The notes: generated by a model not told the origin, from the letters alone. A DNA stretch of 64,000 nt from Tubulanus polymorphus (GCF_964204645.1 NC_134036.1:8868230-8932229), one strand, 5' to 3'. Shown: positions 51,774 to 64,000, counted from the first letter of the stretch. Numbers and translations: made by a program.

Positions 51774-52937
51774 GATTTAGGCCTTTAATGTAGTGTGTAG
51801 AGCAATTGGAAAGCCTTAGTAGTTAGTAAGGGACTGGTTTACAATTATGTATACGACTATTTATTTCGATTACTTTCTTTCCAGCTATTAGTGGTGGAAT
51901 GAACTGGTCACTTAGGTCCTCAATTCCTTTGCCGATTCTTGCAGCTGGTGGGAATATATTTAAACCACAGTGAGCAAGTGTACCTCTCAAATTTAGCGTA
52001 TCAGATGTTGTAAGTACTTGACGTTTTGTGTAAATGTTTTTTTTGTCATGTTTAAAATATGTGGATCAGTAATCAGTCGTGCTAGTGTACATGCAGAATT
52101 GGATTCATTGTTATTATGGGATGATAATTCACGAGCATCAAGATTCCTACGATATACCCTTGATATGAAACTTTTATGAGACTTGTTTTGGAGTAAATCG
52201 AATAGCCCTTAAAATACCAATTCTACATGGCTCAACGGTCGGTGTCAATGCTCTGCGAGACAGTGGTAATAGATGTTTCACGACAAACGCACAATTTGAA
52301 TATTTATTATACTTTCTTTCACTCCTCTGTTATATCACATAACTGAGTAATTCTTACATTAGATTGCTTAATTACAGGTGGAAAGAGGTCAGATGGCATG
52401 AAAATCGACTGTGGCTGACTAATTGACGCGCGCAGATAAAGCGTTAAGGTTTCAAAAGATGTCGCCAAAATGCTTGTATCATCAAGGGTAGACAATTATC
52501 GGAAGATAAATGAAAACTCCACCTTGTTGATCGTCAGTTGATTTAGCTGTAATTATTTCGTCTGAATCAATCGACACATAATTCATAAAATCTGTGTTCT
52601 GTAGAATTTCTTTCAATAAAATAAGAATCTTTTTGACTAATTTTTTACTTATGTATCCAGGAGTGAATTTTAATTGATCTCAAAACCAGAGAAAGCATTC
52701 TTCAAAAATTTAGAAAGTCCTAGACTCATAATCTTATTCTGTGAAGTCATTTACGGTTTTTGCTCGAATCAAGCCAAGGGCTCAGGTGGCTAAAATCCAA
52801 TTCCTCACTGTCCTGTAATGCCGAGTACGACGGAGTTTACACACTGAAAAACGTTGCGCTGTGTAAGTGTAATTTGGATAAGTCAGCAATATAATGACGG
52901 CCCTGCCCTGCGCGCTCCATCTAAGACATAAACAAGT

Positions 52938-54082
52938 CGGTGTTGTCATATCGCGGAAAGACGGAATCGCGGAATTTTCCAAAAACGCGGAATTTCTTCA
53001 TTTTTACTATAAATAGTAAACGGGTTTTCCCACGGGGATACCCACTGTCGGACAGGGCACCGGACCCAGGTTTTCAACACCGGGAATAGTATTTGATAAT
53101 TTATTATATCGCCAGTCAACAACTTAACGATACTGTTCCAAATAATGGAGAACCTAGGCAATACGTGCTTTGCGAATTCAGTGATACAGAGTATCGCTGC
53201 ATTAACTGAAGGAATACAAATCGATGGTACGTAAACGTAGGATTTGTGATGACACCATGGGTCATTCTCCAGGACTCAGTTCCGAGTTAAGATTTGACTC
53301 TGGTCTCTGTATTTAAAACATTGGAAATGAATTGATACTAAGTAACTCAGAGTTAACTCACAACTGTGGAACTGGATCGATGTCAGACGAAAATAAATAG
53401 ACATTATGTATATTTCATTCTGGCTTAGGATTGTTCATGCGTGTTGTGTGTCTACATTGTGGTTATAAGCGAATGTGGTTTATCTTTTAGAATTAAATGA
53501 AATGAAATATTATAAAATGGTTTCGTTTTTTTTATGTTTACTTTGTGACTGCTATAACATATATGTTCCTATGCTGATTATTTGGATCAAAAGAATCTTA
53601 TTGTTACCGGTACTGGACGGCCGTAAAATTATAATAATTTTCAAAGGAATTTGAACCGGTACTTGTTTGGTCGTAGGATTTCATGTTTGTAACCATCTAC
53701 AACTACTGTCCGACACCGCGAACGTGCTCAATATTCATCTGATAATATTCGTTTCTGAAGTTCTCAAAAAGTCGATGAACTTCGATAACCGAAGTTTGCC
53801 TAGTAGAAATAGACATTGTTCCTGGTCTCTTTCACCCCACTTGATTCTGACTTCTTCTACAGGTGGCAGCCAGTCAACGGTATCGTAATATAATAATTCC
53901 ATATAAAATTGCCTGCAAATAATGGGATTCGAACCTATCTCGTTGCATCGATCGGTCCCGTGCCCTGTCCGACAGTGGGTATCCCCGTGGGGAAACCCGT
54001 TTGCTATTTAAAGTAAAAATGAAGAAATTCCGCGTTTTTGGAAAATTCCGCGATTCCGTCTTTCCGCGATAAGACAACACCG
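52938..54082. mobile_element. Second copy of the 9-bp-TSD non-autonomous element
   Basis: Same TIRs and interior as 2852-3994; TSD TAAACAAGT at 52929-52937 and 54083-54091. Confidence 0.92.
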
Positions 54083-54442
54083 TAAACAAGTTGGACTGTA
54101 TTGCTTCGATGCTTTGACAAATGGATTCCTAATATCCACATATCCAGCATAATGTTGACCCAGGTTGCGCTTCTTGGCAATAGTCATTTGTTATGGGCTA
54201 GAATTATTTCGATGAAATATGGAGAAATATAGAAAATTTGAATTTGCCTCACACGCGCGATTGACTTAAGGAGCCTTCGGCGCTCGCTGTGCGCTTACTT
54301 ATGTAAACACTTTGACGAAAATAAACTTTATCATAATCATGATCTATATTTCATATTCTTTTCACGTTTAAATGTATTTATGTAATGACTATTTGTCCTC
54401 TGAGACCGTTTGTCTGTGTCGAAATGTGTTAATTGTTGTTTG

Positions 54443-56520
54443 TCTCTTAAAATGGCGTTAATTGTTGTTCGTCCCTTAAAATGGCGGCCGCCCTGCAGGT
54501 GCAATGTCGATCTCTCCACTAATAGAAATAGTCGCATATCTCTGAACATGACTCAATTTAACAAACGCAACATTTAAAACATTAAAAACGACACATTTTG
54601 TTTTCTATTCCGCAAAACTGAAAACGCAACATTTAAAACGATACATTTTATCTTCTATTTCGCAACACTGAACACGCAACATTTAAAACGATACATTTTA
54701 TCTTCTATTCCGCAACACTGAAAACGCATTAAAACGATACATTTTACATTTAGGTCACGATTTAGGGATAGCAATACCAACTACGAGGTGTATGTTGCGT
54801 AGAAGACGCGAATGCAACACAGTATTTTCTACTTTTTGAAATTAAATAAAATCAATGTAACGTTAGAAGAAAAGGTGTATCCAAATTCTCTTAAAATGGC
54901 GTTAATTGTTGTTCGTCCCTTAAAATGGCGGCCGCCCTGCAGGTGCAATGTCGATCTCTCCACTAATAGAAATAGTCGCATATCTCTGAACATGACTCAA
55001 TTTAACAAACGCAACATTTAAAACATTAAAAACGACACATTTTGTTTTCTATTCCGCAAAACTGAAAACGCAACATTTAAAACGATACATTTTATCTTCT
55101 ATTCCGCAACACTGAAAACGCATTAAAACGATACATTTTACATTTAGGTCACGATTTAGGGATAGCAATACCAACTACGAGGTGTATGTTGCGTAGAAGA
55201 CGCGAATGCAACACAGTATTTTCTACTTTTTGAAATTAAATAAAATCAATGTAACGTTAGAAGAAAAGGTGTATCCAAATTCTCTTAAAATGGCGTTAAT
55301 TGTTGTTCGTCCCTTAAAATGGCGGCCGCCCTGCAGGTGCAATGTCGATCTCTCCACTAATAGAAATAGTCGCATATCTCTGAACATGACTCAATCGGTT
55401 TTTTTAAGAACATGACTAAAATTTGTGAATAACACTTAAAGACGAGAGATAGAGAACTGATGTAAACCATGGATGTCAAATTGATTCGAGAATAGTTTGA
55501 CGATTGATGTTCCCTAATGGAACGGAGCATTACCAGTACTCGCATACATGTTGCGAAAAGTTCTTTGCGGTTGTATTGGTTTCGAATCCTAAAATTTATT
55601 TACTCAATAACGCAAAAAGCAACATGTTTTCTATGTTCATATTTTCAACATTTGAAAAGACACATAAAACGATAACGAAACACTGAAAACGCAACATTTA
55701 AAACGATTCATTTTATCTTCTATTCCGCAACACTGAAAACGCAACATTTAAAACATTTTAAAACGACACATTTTATCTTTTATTTCGCAACACTGAAAAC
55801 GCAACATTTAAAACATTAAAAACGACACATTTTGTTTTCTATTCCGCAACACTGAAAACGCAACATTTAAAATGATACATTTTATCTTCCATTCCGCAAC
55901 AATTAGAACGATACATTTTATCTTCTATTTCGCAACACTGAAAACGCAACATTTAAAACCATATATTTTATCTTCTATTTCGCAACACTGAAAACGCAAC
56001 ATTTAAAACATTAAAAACGACACATTTTGTTTTCTATTCCGCAAAACTGAAAACGCAACATTTAAAACGATACATTTTATCTTCTATTCCGCAACACTGA
56101 AAACGCATTAAAACGATACATTTTACATTTAGATCACGATTTAGGGATAGCAATACCAACTACGAGGTGTATGTTGCGTAGAAGACGCGAATGCAACACA
56201 GTATTTTCTACTTTTTGAAATTAAATAAAATCAATGTAACGTTAGAAGAAAAGGTGTATCCAAATTTTTCAAGCTGGAATATCACATGAAATTAGATCGC
56301 AACCGTATACGAGATATTAATTCCGCAACCGTTTACGAGATATTTATTCCGCAACATTTATAAACGCAACACATTTACGCAACATTTATCATTCTGTACA
56401 GCCGCTTCGTAACAAATTAACGTAACATTTTCCACAAATTTACGTAACATTTTCCGTACAGCCGCTGCGAAACATGATAGCCGTTTCGCAACATATTTAC
56501 GCAACATTCAGTTTTGGCGG
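54443..56520. repeat. Hierarchical tandem array (about 49-bp units inside about 394-444-bp units)
   Basis: TTCCGCAACACTGAAAACGCAACATTTAAAACGATACATTTTATCTTCTA-type units. A larger block starting TCTCTTAAAATGGCG recurs at 54443, 54887 and 55281. Confidence 0.9.
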
Positions 56521-57233
56521 TTTGTTTCAAATAGCCATTTCGCTCATATCGCACGAGAATTCTATTTGAACTGAATCTACACAATGTCTCTTGACACTAG
56601 CCGAAAAGCTTAACGTCATCAATGGTGAAAATGAGAACTTCAAATCGTCTAAATTTTGTGCATATACGTAATAAATGAATGATCCCTAAAATCTACAAAT
56701 ATTATAGGCAACTAAAATAGAAGGTAGCCTTTTGACGTTGTAGCCTTTGTTCGTTCCTCCTCGTTTTTTTTGTCTGGTATTCGAGACCAGGCAGAATACA
56801 AGTAATAAATCAGGGTTCTTTTTCACTTCTTCATAACAATTTATGTTTTATGTTTTCTGTCTTTGCAGGTATGCTATCACTACCAGCAACTTCATGATCA
56901 TGATATAGGCTCAGTAAACAACAAAAGCGAGATGATGAAGTGCCACATCATTATCAAATATGGGCATGATGTGGTCACTAGATCTATTCTACGCCATAAT
57001 GTAATACCTTTTTTGGTTTTCGGAGACAATTAGAAAATAAATTCTACAGATGAACAGAGAACAACTTATTCCCTATGAAATGTGGAAGAATATCTTTCAT
57101 GATTATCATGATCAAAAGTAAAGTGATTTAGCTGTCCTTGACCTCCAGTTGGTGTGTGTAACAATTTTCTTGTACTCAAATTTGTATTGCTCCAGCACAT
57201 GTTGAATCTGTAATATTTTTTTTTTGTACATAG

Positions 57234-59040
57234 GAAAGTGTTTTGAGTGTAATTGCACACTGCAACTGCACAACAAAGCGATTGATATTCTCTTTGTTAC
57301 TCATGGAAAAGTCATTTCTAAAAAGAAGGTATGTTGTCCTCAAGTGGTAGGCCCTAAAACATGAAAAATGTAGATTTTATTTCATTAATTCAGATATCTT
57401 TATTCCAGATCAATTTACGCTGTAAGAATTGTCAGATTAATTACGGCTTTGATAAATATGGCTCCACTGAAAAAGGATATTCATTTTATCACGAAATGAG
57501 AGACTCGATTGTTGCAACTGATGGGATAATTATTGACCACAGTCTTTACAATTTCTAGAGATTGTTATCGTAAGTCAACTTAAATTTGAACAAAAAAATT
57601 CATGGCTTGAACTAGGTGATATATGTTATTAGATTTGTAATCTTTCATCATTTTAGCCTCCATTCTTGGGTTTCGTTTCAAGGTTTTGCCGAAAGCTTTA
57701 TTGATGCTTATATTTTAGAGAAAGGTGAGTTTTAGAGGTTTTGAATTCGTGAAATACTCACTCAGTTTATCTGTAATTATTTTTGATGCTTTAGATATTG
57801 ATCGGCGTGTGTGGGCTGAAGCTTTTTGGTGGGCGGAACTTGAAACAGAATTGCGCGAACTCGACCTACACACTAAATTCAAGTTCACCAAAGATGCAGA
57901 CTGTGAAGATTGTATGGTCATGATAGATAATCTTCGAAAGTGGACAACATACGCTCGCCCACCAAGCGACTGTACAAGTGCCTGCAAAATGCCAGGTACA
58001 GTAATTCCAGTAATTGATGTACACACACTTTTGTATCTTATTTGGTAGTATCTTTTTTTTCCAAAATAATTGTTTCAAGCTGTGGAAAACTTTGAGTAAC
58101 AGATGGAATTGAAAACGCAATTTTCTCATTGCATGTTTTCAGTTAAAGTAAGGGTATTGCAAATACCGGTAGATTATTTCTGTAGAAAAGGGAATTCGGT
58201 GTGACTTTAACTGTTTTTCGTGTTTTTCAGAACCTAGTTTCTGGCATACCATTGGTCAATTTACCGGATGTCTGCACAAATCAGCCTCTTCACAGAAAGG
58301 CATTTTGTGCAGCACATTGTAACTTTTGTGAGCAACAGAATCCACCTATTCCGACTGGTCGTCGAGAGTTTGTCAAATATTCTGGTAAGCATTAATTTTT
58401 TAGTCACATAGGTTCAATAATTGGTTTGTTTTCAATCTCTAACTTGTTATTTTTTCAGGAGGTGGAAAGGCTGAGGAAGAATGCGAAGATGAATTGAATA
58501 ATACCCATATCAATATGGACCATACCCATGCAAGATCATTTGTTGATGGCATATGTATGTATTTGGGTGGAGTGTTCTGCTTAATGTACTCTTATTAAAT
58601 GGTTGTTTGTATAACCTTTCATTTCACTTTTAAGCTGTGGGGAAAGATCTCCTTCAACATGGTGATGCTGTAGCAAATATTATGGAAAATTGTAAAGAAC
58701 TCCCCAAGTCAGGTTGTTCTAAAGATCTTGGAGAAAAAGAAACTCTTCGGAAAATGTCTCGAGGACACCAATTTATCGTTCGTGCTGGAGGCCACATATA
58801 TTCCTGGTCTCCATTGTATAAGTAAGTAGAATGGTCATAGGCTTCATTACTCGCTCTTTTATCATATTCATCTCAAACGTTCCTTCTTCCATAGGTCTGA
58901 ATCGACAGGACAAGTCTTCCTAATTTTATTGTCATGGCTTTATGTCATTTTGAAAGATCGACCGATTAAAGAGTGGTCTGATGTTTGGTTGGCGTATGAC
59001 AACATGTGTCAATTAGATAAAATGAATGCGGCAAAGCTTC
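57234..59040 (+). pseudogene. Multi-exon KDZ (Kyakuja/Dileera/Zisupton)-like transposase with CxC cysteine clusters, cut by the Penelope-like element
   Basis: GT-AG exons encode CFECNC...LRCKNCQINYG, HSWVSFQGFAESF, AEAFWW, CKMPG|CGK..VTDGN, CTNQPLHRKAFCAAHC, SRGHQFIVRAGGHI, SESTGQVF and LAYDNMC. In-frame stops, e.g. 57556-57558. Confidence 0.7.
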
Positions 59041-59138
59041 ATCACGATAGGTAAAACACAATATCCGTGTTGACGCGATGAGGAGAGAATCCCACAATGA
59101 TAATAAAAAGTCCGAAAATGAAACTTTGAGATAGTAGT

Positions 59139-59184
59139 TTATTCAACGTTTCGACTATATCCTAATAGTCATCTTCAGGAATAA
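59139..59184 (-). ncRNA. Minimal type I hammerhead ribozyme
   Basis: RNA UUAUUC-CUGAAGA-U-GACUAU-UAGGAU-AUAGUC-GAAAC-GUU-GAAUAA: stem I, CUGANGA core, stem II, GAAA, palindromic AACGUU stem III and GUU cleavage triplet. Confidence 0.85.
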
Positions 59185-59492
59185 TGAGATACTACAGAAA
59201 TTATGAGATATATATACAATCCAGAGACAAAGAGACTAATTCAAGTAATCAGAGATGATACAAACTAAAGGAAAATTAACGTAGAAACAGTTACACGCTA
59301 AAATAGATTAAAGGGAAGCAAACTAAGGGGTGATTATAAACAACAATAGTGAGTATAAATATAAATGAAACTTAAAGTCAGTAGTAAAAAGAAGACAAAC
59401 TAAGGGGCACTTAAATTAAAACAAAGGTGAATACAAGTTAAGTCAGAGACGAAATTGATGAGAGAACAAATAACAAATAATCAAAGGGGAAA

Positions 59493-61895
59493 TCAAGTGT
59501 TGAGTTTAACCAGTTTACAGAGGAATTTTGATATAAGTTTATTATGGGGTGAAAAACCATTATTAAGGTTTACAACGTTGTTCGAATTTTCAATAATTAA
59601 TGCAGATTCCAAAATATGTCTTCTAGTTTTATCGCTGCAAGGGTAAACTAATTCAGCATTAGCAAAATCAAAATTGTGTGAAGTCTGAAAAACATGACTA
59701 GCAACTCCGCTTTCAGGTTTAAAGTTTTTTACATCTAATTTATGCTCTTTTATGCGTTGATTAAGATTCCGACCTGTTTCTCCTATATATACTTTGTCGC
59801 AAACTTTACAAGGTATTTTATAAATTCCACAGTTTAGGGATTCGGTTTTCGGTTTGTTGTTAATCAATATGTTACTAAGTTTATTATTGTATTTAAAGAT
59901 GAGTTGTTTATTTAGTGACCGAAGAGAAACTTTAGAATTCTCGAGGAAAGGTACATACGGTACAATGATAGGCTGTTTATCGGTAGCCAACGTAGGAGTT
60001 CTAAGGTTGTTATTTCTAAAATGCGTAGTACGAGCTTTAAGTAGAGCTTTTTTCAATAGGAAATCGGGGTAGGCAAGTTTTTTGAGAGATTGGTTAATAT
60101 GGTGAATTTCATCGGGTAGAAATGAGGGGTCGCAAATTCTCAAAGCGCGAAGAAATAATCCTTGAGCTAAACCGAGTTTAATATCCGGAGAAGTAAAAGA
60201 GAAGTAATGGAGGTAGGATTCAGCGTTGGTAGGTTTCCTATAAACCGCGAATTTCAAAAAGGATCCACAGTTAAAAATCAAAACATCCAGAAAAGGTATT
60301 TTACTATTAGATTCCCATTCATACGTAAAAGCCAGAGACGGGTAAAGGGAGTTTAAATATATAAGAAAGTTATCAACATTGAAGTCAAAGGGAACCAAAG
60401 CCAGAACATCGTCAACATATCTGAGCCAGATTTTAGGGTGAATATCAGTGTAAAGAGGCAATATTTCAGATTCAACATGTTCTAGGAATAAATTAGCTAG
60501 AATAGGACTTAGAGGATTTCCCATAGCGATACCGAATGTCTGTTCGTAAAAACAATTGTTGAATTCAAAAAAGGAGTCCGTCGTACAAATAGAGATAAGG
60601 TCGATGATACAATCCGTAGGAATGCCGAAGTTAATGTTAAGTGATGGTAATCTGCGTTTTAAGAAATCAAGAGTAGGTCCAAGAGGAACATTGGTAAAAA
60701 GGGAAGTAACATCAAATGATATAAATTTGTCGTTGCCAGGGATAATATTCTTAATACGTTCAAGTAAGTGTTGATTATGGCGAAGGTGCGACGGAGAGAA
60801 CGAACCGAGCACCGGAGATAACTGTTTCGCGAGAAATTTAGATAACCGGTATGTAGGAGAATTACAATTGGAGACTATAGGGCGCAGTGGAACATTATCT
60901 TTATGAATTTTAGGCAATCCATAGATATATGGTAAAGAGGGAAGACGTGAATGGAACTTATTCAGAGTTTCTTTAGCGGAGGGGAAACGTTTAATAATAT
61001 CCGAAAGACTTCTGTTGAAATTAGCTTGCATACGAGGAAGAGGATTCGATTTAAGTTTCTTATAAACACCAGGATTATCCAAGAGAGATTGCATTTTAAC
61101 ATTATAATTATCCAGATCTAAAATCACAATCTTGCCACCTTTATCAGCCTTAGATATTTTAATAGTCTTTAACTTCCGTAGTTCTTGGAGGGCGAGCCGA
61201 AATCGACGGGGTAGATATTCAAAGAGGTTCCTGTTGAGTTGATCGCAAACAGCCTGTAGATTCATGAATATAAAGTTATAGTCCAAACTGTTCGGAGATG
61301 ATTTGCGATATTCCAATTGGGTGACAAAGTCTAAAACATGTTTATCTTGATGAGGAAGAGAAAAATTCAAACCGTAGCCGAGAAGTTGACACTGAGTAGA
61401 AGATAACGTGGTTGAAGACAAATTTACTATGTTTTCGGTGTTGCTAAATCTAGTCCAAGGGCTGGAATCAATGAGTTTATTCAGTTGGTTGGTAAGATCC
61501 ACGGACTTTCTGTGCTGATGATATTTTCCAGAGCCTTGAACAATAGTGGAGAGCGATTTCCAGAGGAATAGGTCCGGTACGTGTGACTTCAAATAATTTT
61601 GAGATTGACGGAATTTGTAGAACTGATAGTTACAGTCTTCCTTAGCACGATCTATAGCGAATTTGAGTTGCTTGTTAGCTTCGGGTGGAAACGCAGAGCT
61701 GGAGTCGTATTTCCAAATCCAAGAACGTGATCGCGGAACCACTTTTTCGGCATAACACTCCTGAAGGAACTTGACTTTACTTTTAGCAGTCCTGGATTTG
61801 ATATAGCATTTCTCATAATTTCGGAAGCTAGCGACGAGGTACGGGAACGTGAAGAAGAAGAATTTTAATACGATATTTCGATCCGTGGGTAGCAT
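59493..61895 (-). CDS. Penelope-like RT/GIY-YIG endonuclease polyprotein, intact, about 800 aa
   Basis: KADKG, YGLPKIHK..PLRPIVS, SFDVTSLFTNVP, GIAMGNPLSP, LRYVDD, PFLDV, VYRKPT; GIY-YIG GIYKIPCKVCDKVYIGETGR...RIKEH...ILES. First ATG at 61895. Confidence 0.95.
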   Translation of the reverse strand: MLPTDRNIVLKFFFFTFPYLVASFRNYEKCYIKSRTAKSKVKFLQECYAEKVVPRSRSWIWKYDSSSAFPPEANKQLKFAIDRAKEDCNYQFYKFRQSQNYLKSHVPDLFLWKSLSTIVQGSGKYHQHRKSVDLTNQLNKLIDSSPWTRFSNTENIVNLSSTTLSSTQCQLLGYGLNFSLPHQDKHVLDFVTQLEYRKSSPNSLDYNFIFMNLQAVCDQLNRNLFEYLPRRFRLALQELRKLKTIKISKADKGGKIVILDLDNYNVKMQSLLDNPGVYKKLKSNPLPRMQANFNRSLSDIIKRFPSAKETLNKFHSRLPSLPYIYGLPKIHKDNVPLRPIVSNCNSPTYRLSKFLAKQLSPVLGSFSPSHLRHNQHLLERIKNIIPGNDKFISFDVTSLFTNVPLGPTLDFLKRRLPSLNINFGIPTDCIIDLISICTTDSFFEFNNCFYEQTFGIAMGNPLSPILANLFLEHVESEILPLYTDIHPKIWLRYVDDVLALVPFDFNVDNFLIYLNSLYPSLAFTYEWESNSKIPFLDVLIFNCGSFLKFAVYRKPTNAESYLHYFSFTSPDIKLGLAQGLFLRALRICDPSFLPDEIHHINQSLKKLAYPDFLLKKALLKARTTHFRNNNLRTPTLATDKQPIIVPYVPFLENSKVSLRSLNKQLIFKYNNKLSNILINNKPKTESLNCGIYKIPCKVCDKVYIGETGRNLNQRIKEHKLDVKNFKPESGVASHVFQTSHNFDFANAELVYPCSDKTRRHILESALIIENSNNVVNLNNGFSPHNKLISKFLCKLVKLNT

Positions 61896-61994
61896 GATCA
61901 CGATAGGTAAAACACAATATCCGTGTTGACGCGATGAGGAGAGAATCCCACAATGATAATAAAAAGTCCGAAAATGAAACTTTGAGATAGTAGT

Positions 61995-62040
61995 TTATTC
62001 AACGTTTCGACTATATCCTAATAGTCATCTTCAGGAATAA
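61995..62040 (-). ncRNA. Minimal type I hammerhead ribozyme, second copy
   Basis: Identical to 59139-59184, 2856 bp away, about 100 nt upstream of the ORF start codon. Confidence 0.85.
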
Positions 62041-62348
62041 TGAGATACTACAGAAATTATGAGATATATATACAATCCAGAGACAAAGAGACTAATTCAA
62101 GTAATCAGAGATGATACAAACTAAAGGAAAATTAACGTAGAAACAGTTACACGCTAAAATAGATTAAAGGGAAGCAAACTAAGGGGTGATTATAAACAAC
62201 AATAGTGAGTATAAATATAAATGAAACTTAAAGTCAGTAGTAAAAAGAAGACAAACTAAGGGGCACTTAAATTAAAACAAAGGTGAATACAAGTTAAGTC
62301 AGAGACGAAATTGATGAGAGAACAAATAACAAATAATCAAAGGGGAAA

Positions 62349-64000
62349 TCAAGTGTTGAGTTTAACCAGTTTACAGAGGAATTTTGATATAAGTTTATTA
62401 TGGGGTGAAAAACCATTATTAAGGTTTACAACGTTGTTCGAATTTTCAATAATTAATGCAGATTCCAAAATATGTCTTCTAGTTTTATCGCTGCAAGGGT
62501 AAACTAATTCAGCATTAGCAAAATCAAAATTGTGTGAAGTCTGAAAAACATGACTAGCAACTCCGCTTTCAGGTTTAAAGTTTTTTACATCTAATTTATG
62601 CTCTTTTATGCGTTGATTAAGATTCCGACCTGTTTCTCCTATATATACTTTGTCGCAAACTTTACAAGGTATTTTATAAATTCCACAGTTTAGGGATTCG
62701 GTTTTCGGTTTGTTGTTAATCAATATGTTACTAAGTTTATTATTGTATTTAAAGATGAGTTGTTTATTTAGTGACCGAAGAGAAACTTTAGAATTCTCGA
62801 GGAAAGGTACATACGGTACAATGATAGGCTGTTTATCGGTAGCCAACGTAGGAGTTCTAAGGTTGTTATTTCTAAAATGCGTAGTACGAGCTTTAAGTAG
62901 AGCTTTTTTCAATAGGAAATCGGGGTAGGCAAGTTTTTTGAGAGATTGGTTAATATGGTGAATTTCATCGGGTAGAAATGAGGGGTCGCAAATTCTCAAA
63001 GCGCGAAGAAATAATCCTTGAGCTAAACCGAGTTTAATATCCGGAGAAGTAAAAGAGAAGTAATGGAGGTAGGATTCAGCGTTGGTAGGTTTCCTATAAA
63101 CCGCGAATTTCAAAAAGGATCCACAGTTAAAAATCAAAACATCCAGAAAAGGTATTTTACTATTAGATTCCCATTCATACGTAAAAGCCAGAGACGGGTA
63201 AAGGGAGTTTAAATATATAAGAAAGTTATCAACATTGAAGTCAAAGGGAACCAAAGCCAGAACATCGTCAACATATCTGAGCCAGATTTTAGGGTGAATA
63301 TCAGTGTAAAGAGGCAATATTTCAGATTCAACATGTTCTAGGAATAAATTAGCTAGAATAGGACTTAGAGGATTTCCCATAGCGATACCGAATGTCTGTT
63401 CGTAAAAACAATTGTTGAATTCAAAAAAGGAGTCCGTCGTACAAATAGAGATAAGGTCGATGATACAATCCGTAGGAATGCCGAAGTTAATGTTAAGTGA
63501 TGGTAATCTGCGTTTTAAGAAATCAAGAGTAGGTCCAAGAGGAACATTGGTAAAAAGGGAAGTAACATCAAATGATATAAATTTGTCGTTGCCAGGGATA
63601 ATATTCTTAATACGTTCAAGTAAGTGTTGATTATGGCGAAGGTGCGACGGAGAGAACGAACCGAGCACCGGAGATAACTGTTTCGCGAGAAATTTAGATA
63701 ACCGGTATGTAGGAGAATTACAATGGGAGACTATAGGGCGCAGTGGAACATTATCTTTATGAATTTTAGGCAATCCATAGATATATGGTAAAGAGGGAAG
63801 ACGTGAATGGAACTTATTCAGAGTTTCTTTAGCGGAGGGGAAACGTTTAATAATATCCGAAAGACTTCTGTTGAAATTAGCTTGCATACGAGGAAGAGGA
63901 TTCGATTTAAGTTTCTTATAAACACCAGGATTATCCAAGAGAGATTGCATTTTAACATTATAATTATCCAGATCTAAAATCACAATCTTGCCACCTTTAT
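62349..64000 (-). CDS. Penelope-like ORF, second copy, cut by the window edge
   Basis: Essentially identical to the first copy; the one difference noticed is 63725 versus 60869 (His versus Asn). Confidence 0.95.
   Translation of the reverse strand, partial: KGGKIVILDLDNYNVKMQSLLDNPGVYKKLKSNPLPRMQANFNRSLSDIIKRFPSAKETLNKFHSRLPSLPYIYGLPKIHKDNVPLRPIVSHCNSPTYRLSKFLAKQLSPVLGSFSPSHLRHNQHLLERIKNIIPGNDKFISFDVTSLFTNVPLGPTLDFLKRRLPSLNINFGIPTDCIIDLISICTTDSFFEFNNCFYEQTFGIAMGNPLSPILANLFLEHVESEILPLYTDIHPKIWLRYVDDVLALVPFDFNVDNFLIYLNSLYPSLAFTYEWESNSKIPFLDVLIFNCGSFLKFAVYRKPTNAESYLHYFSFTSPDIKLGLAQGLFLRALRICDPSFLPDEIHHINQSLKKLAYPDFLLKKALLKARTTHFRNNNLRTPTLATDKQPIIVPYVPFLENSKVSLRSLNKQLIFKYNNKLSNILINNKPKTESLNCGIYKIPCKVCDKVYIGETGRNLNQRIKEHKLDVKNFKPESGVASHVFQTSHNFDFANAELVYPCSDKTRRHILESALIIENSNNVVNLNNGFSPHNKLISKFLCKLVKLNT

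Larger units (their letters stand above)
59041..64000 (-). mobile_element. Head-to-tail tandem Penelope-like element (unit 2856 bp), continuing past the window end
   Basis: The sequence from 59041 repeats at 61897; each unit has an RT plus GIY-YIG ORF. Confidence 0.95.

Noticed and set aside
54560-56130. CRISPR-like array
   Set aside because: The units are contiguous tandem repeats without unique spacers, the context is eukaryotic, and there are no cas genes.

Overview
AT-rich, intron-containing animal genomic DNA. It is probably from a marine lophotrochozoan; nemertean-like toxin genes suggest this, but that is inference. The main host content is a cluster of two-exon genes for secreted inhibitor-cystine-knot (ICK) peptides that the ORF track misses: two intact genes (5078-5611 minus, 21037-21663 plus), one with a frameshifted signal exon (35191-36138 plus) and one orphan pseudo-exon (15568-15637). 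All complete copies share C-X6-C-X5-CC-X3-C-X4-C with conserved UTRs and introns but almost fully diverged loops. Other host genes are a three-exon secreted single-WSC-domain gene (1659-4251), an intronless FMRFamide-receptor-like GPCR (40949-42091) inside a long inverted repeat, and relics of an RPTP-like membrane protein. The rest is mobile DNA: a RAG1/Transib-like (Chapaev-type) transposase with an internal PHD finger plus a decayed relative; a mosaic Polinton/adintovirus remnant; a full-length BEL/Pao LTR element; a decayed KDZ-type transposase with tandem arrays; a tandem Penelope-like element with minimal hammerhead ribozymes; and several MITEs and SINE-like pieces.
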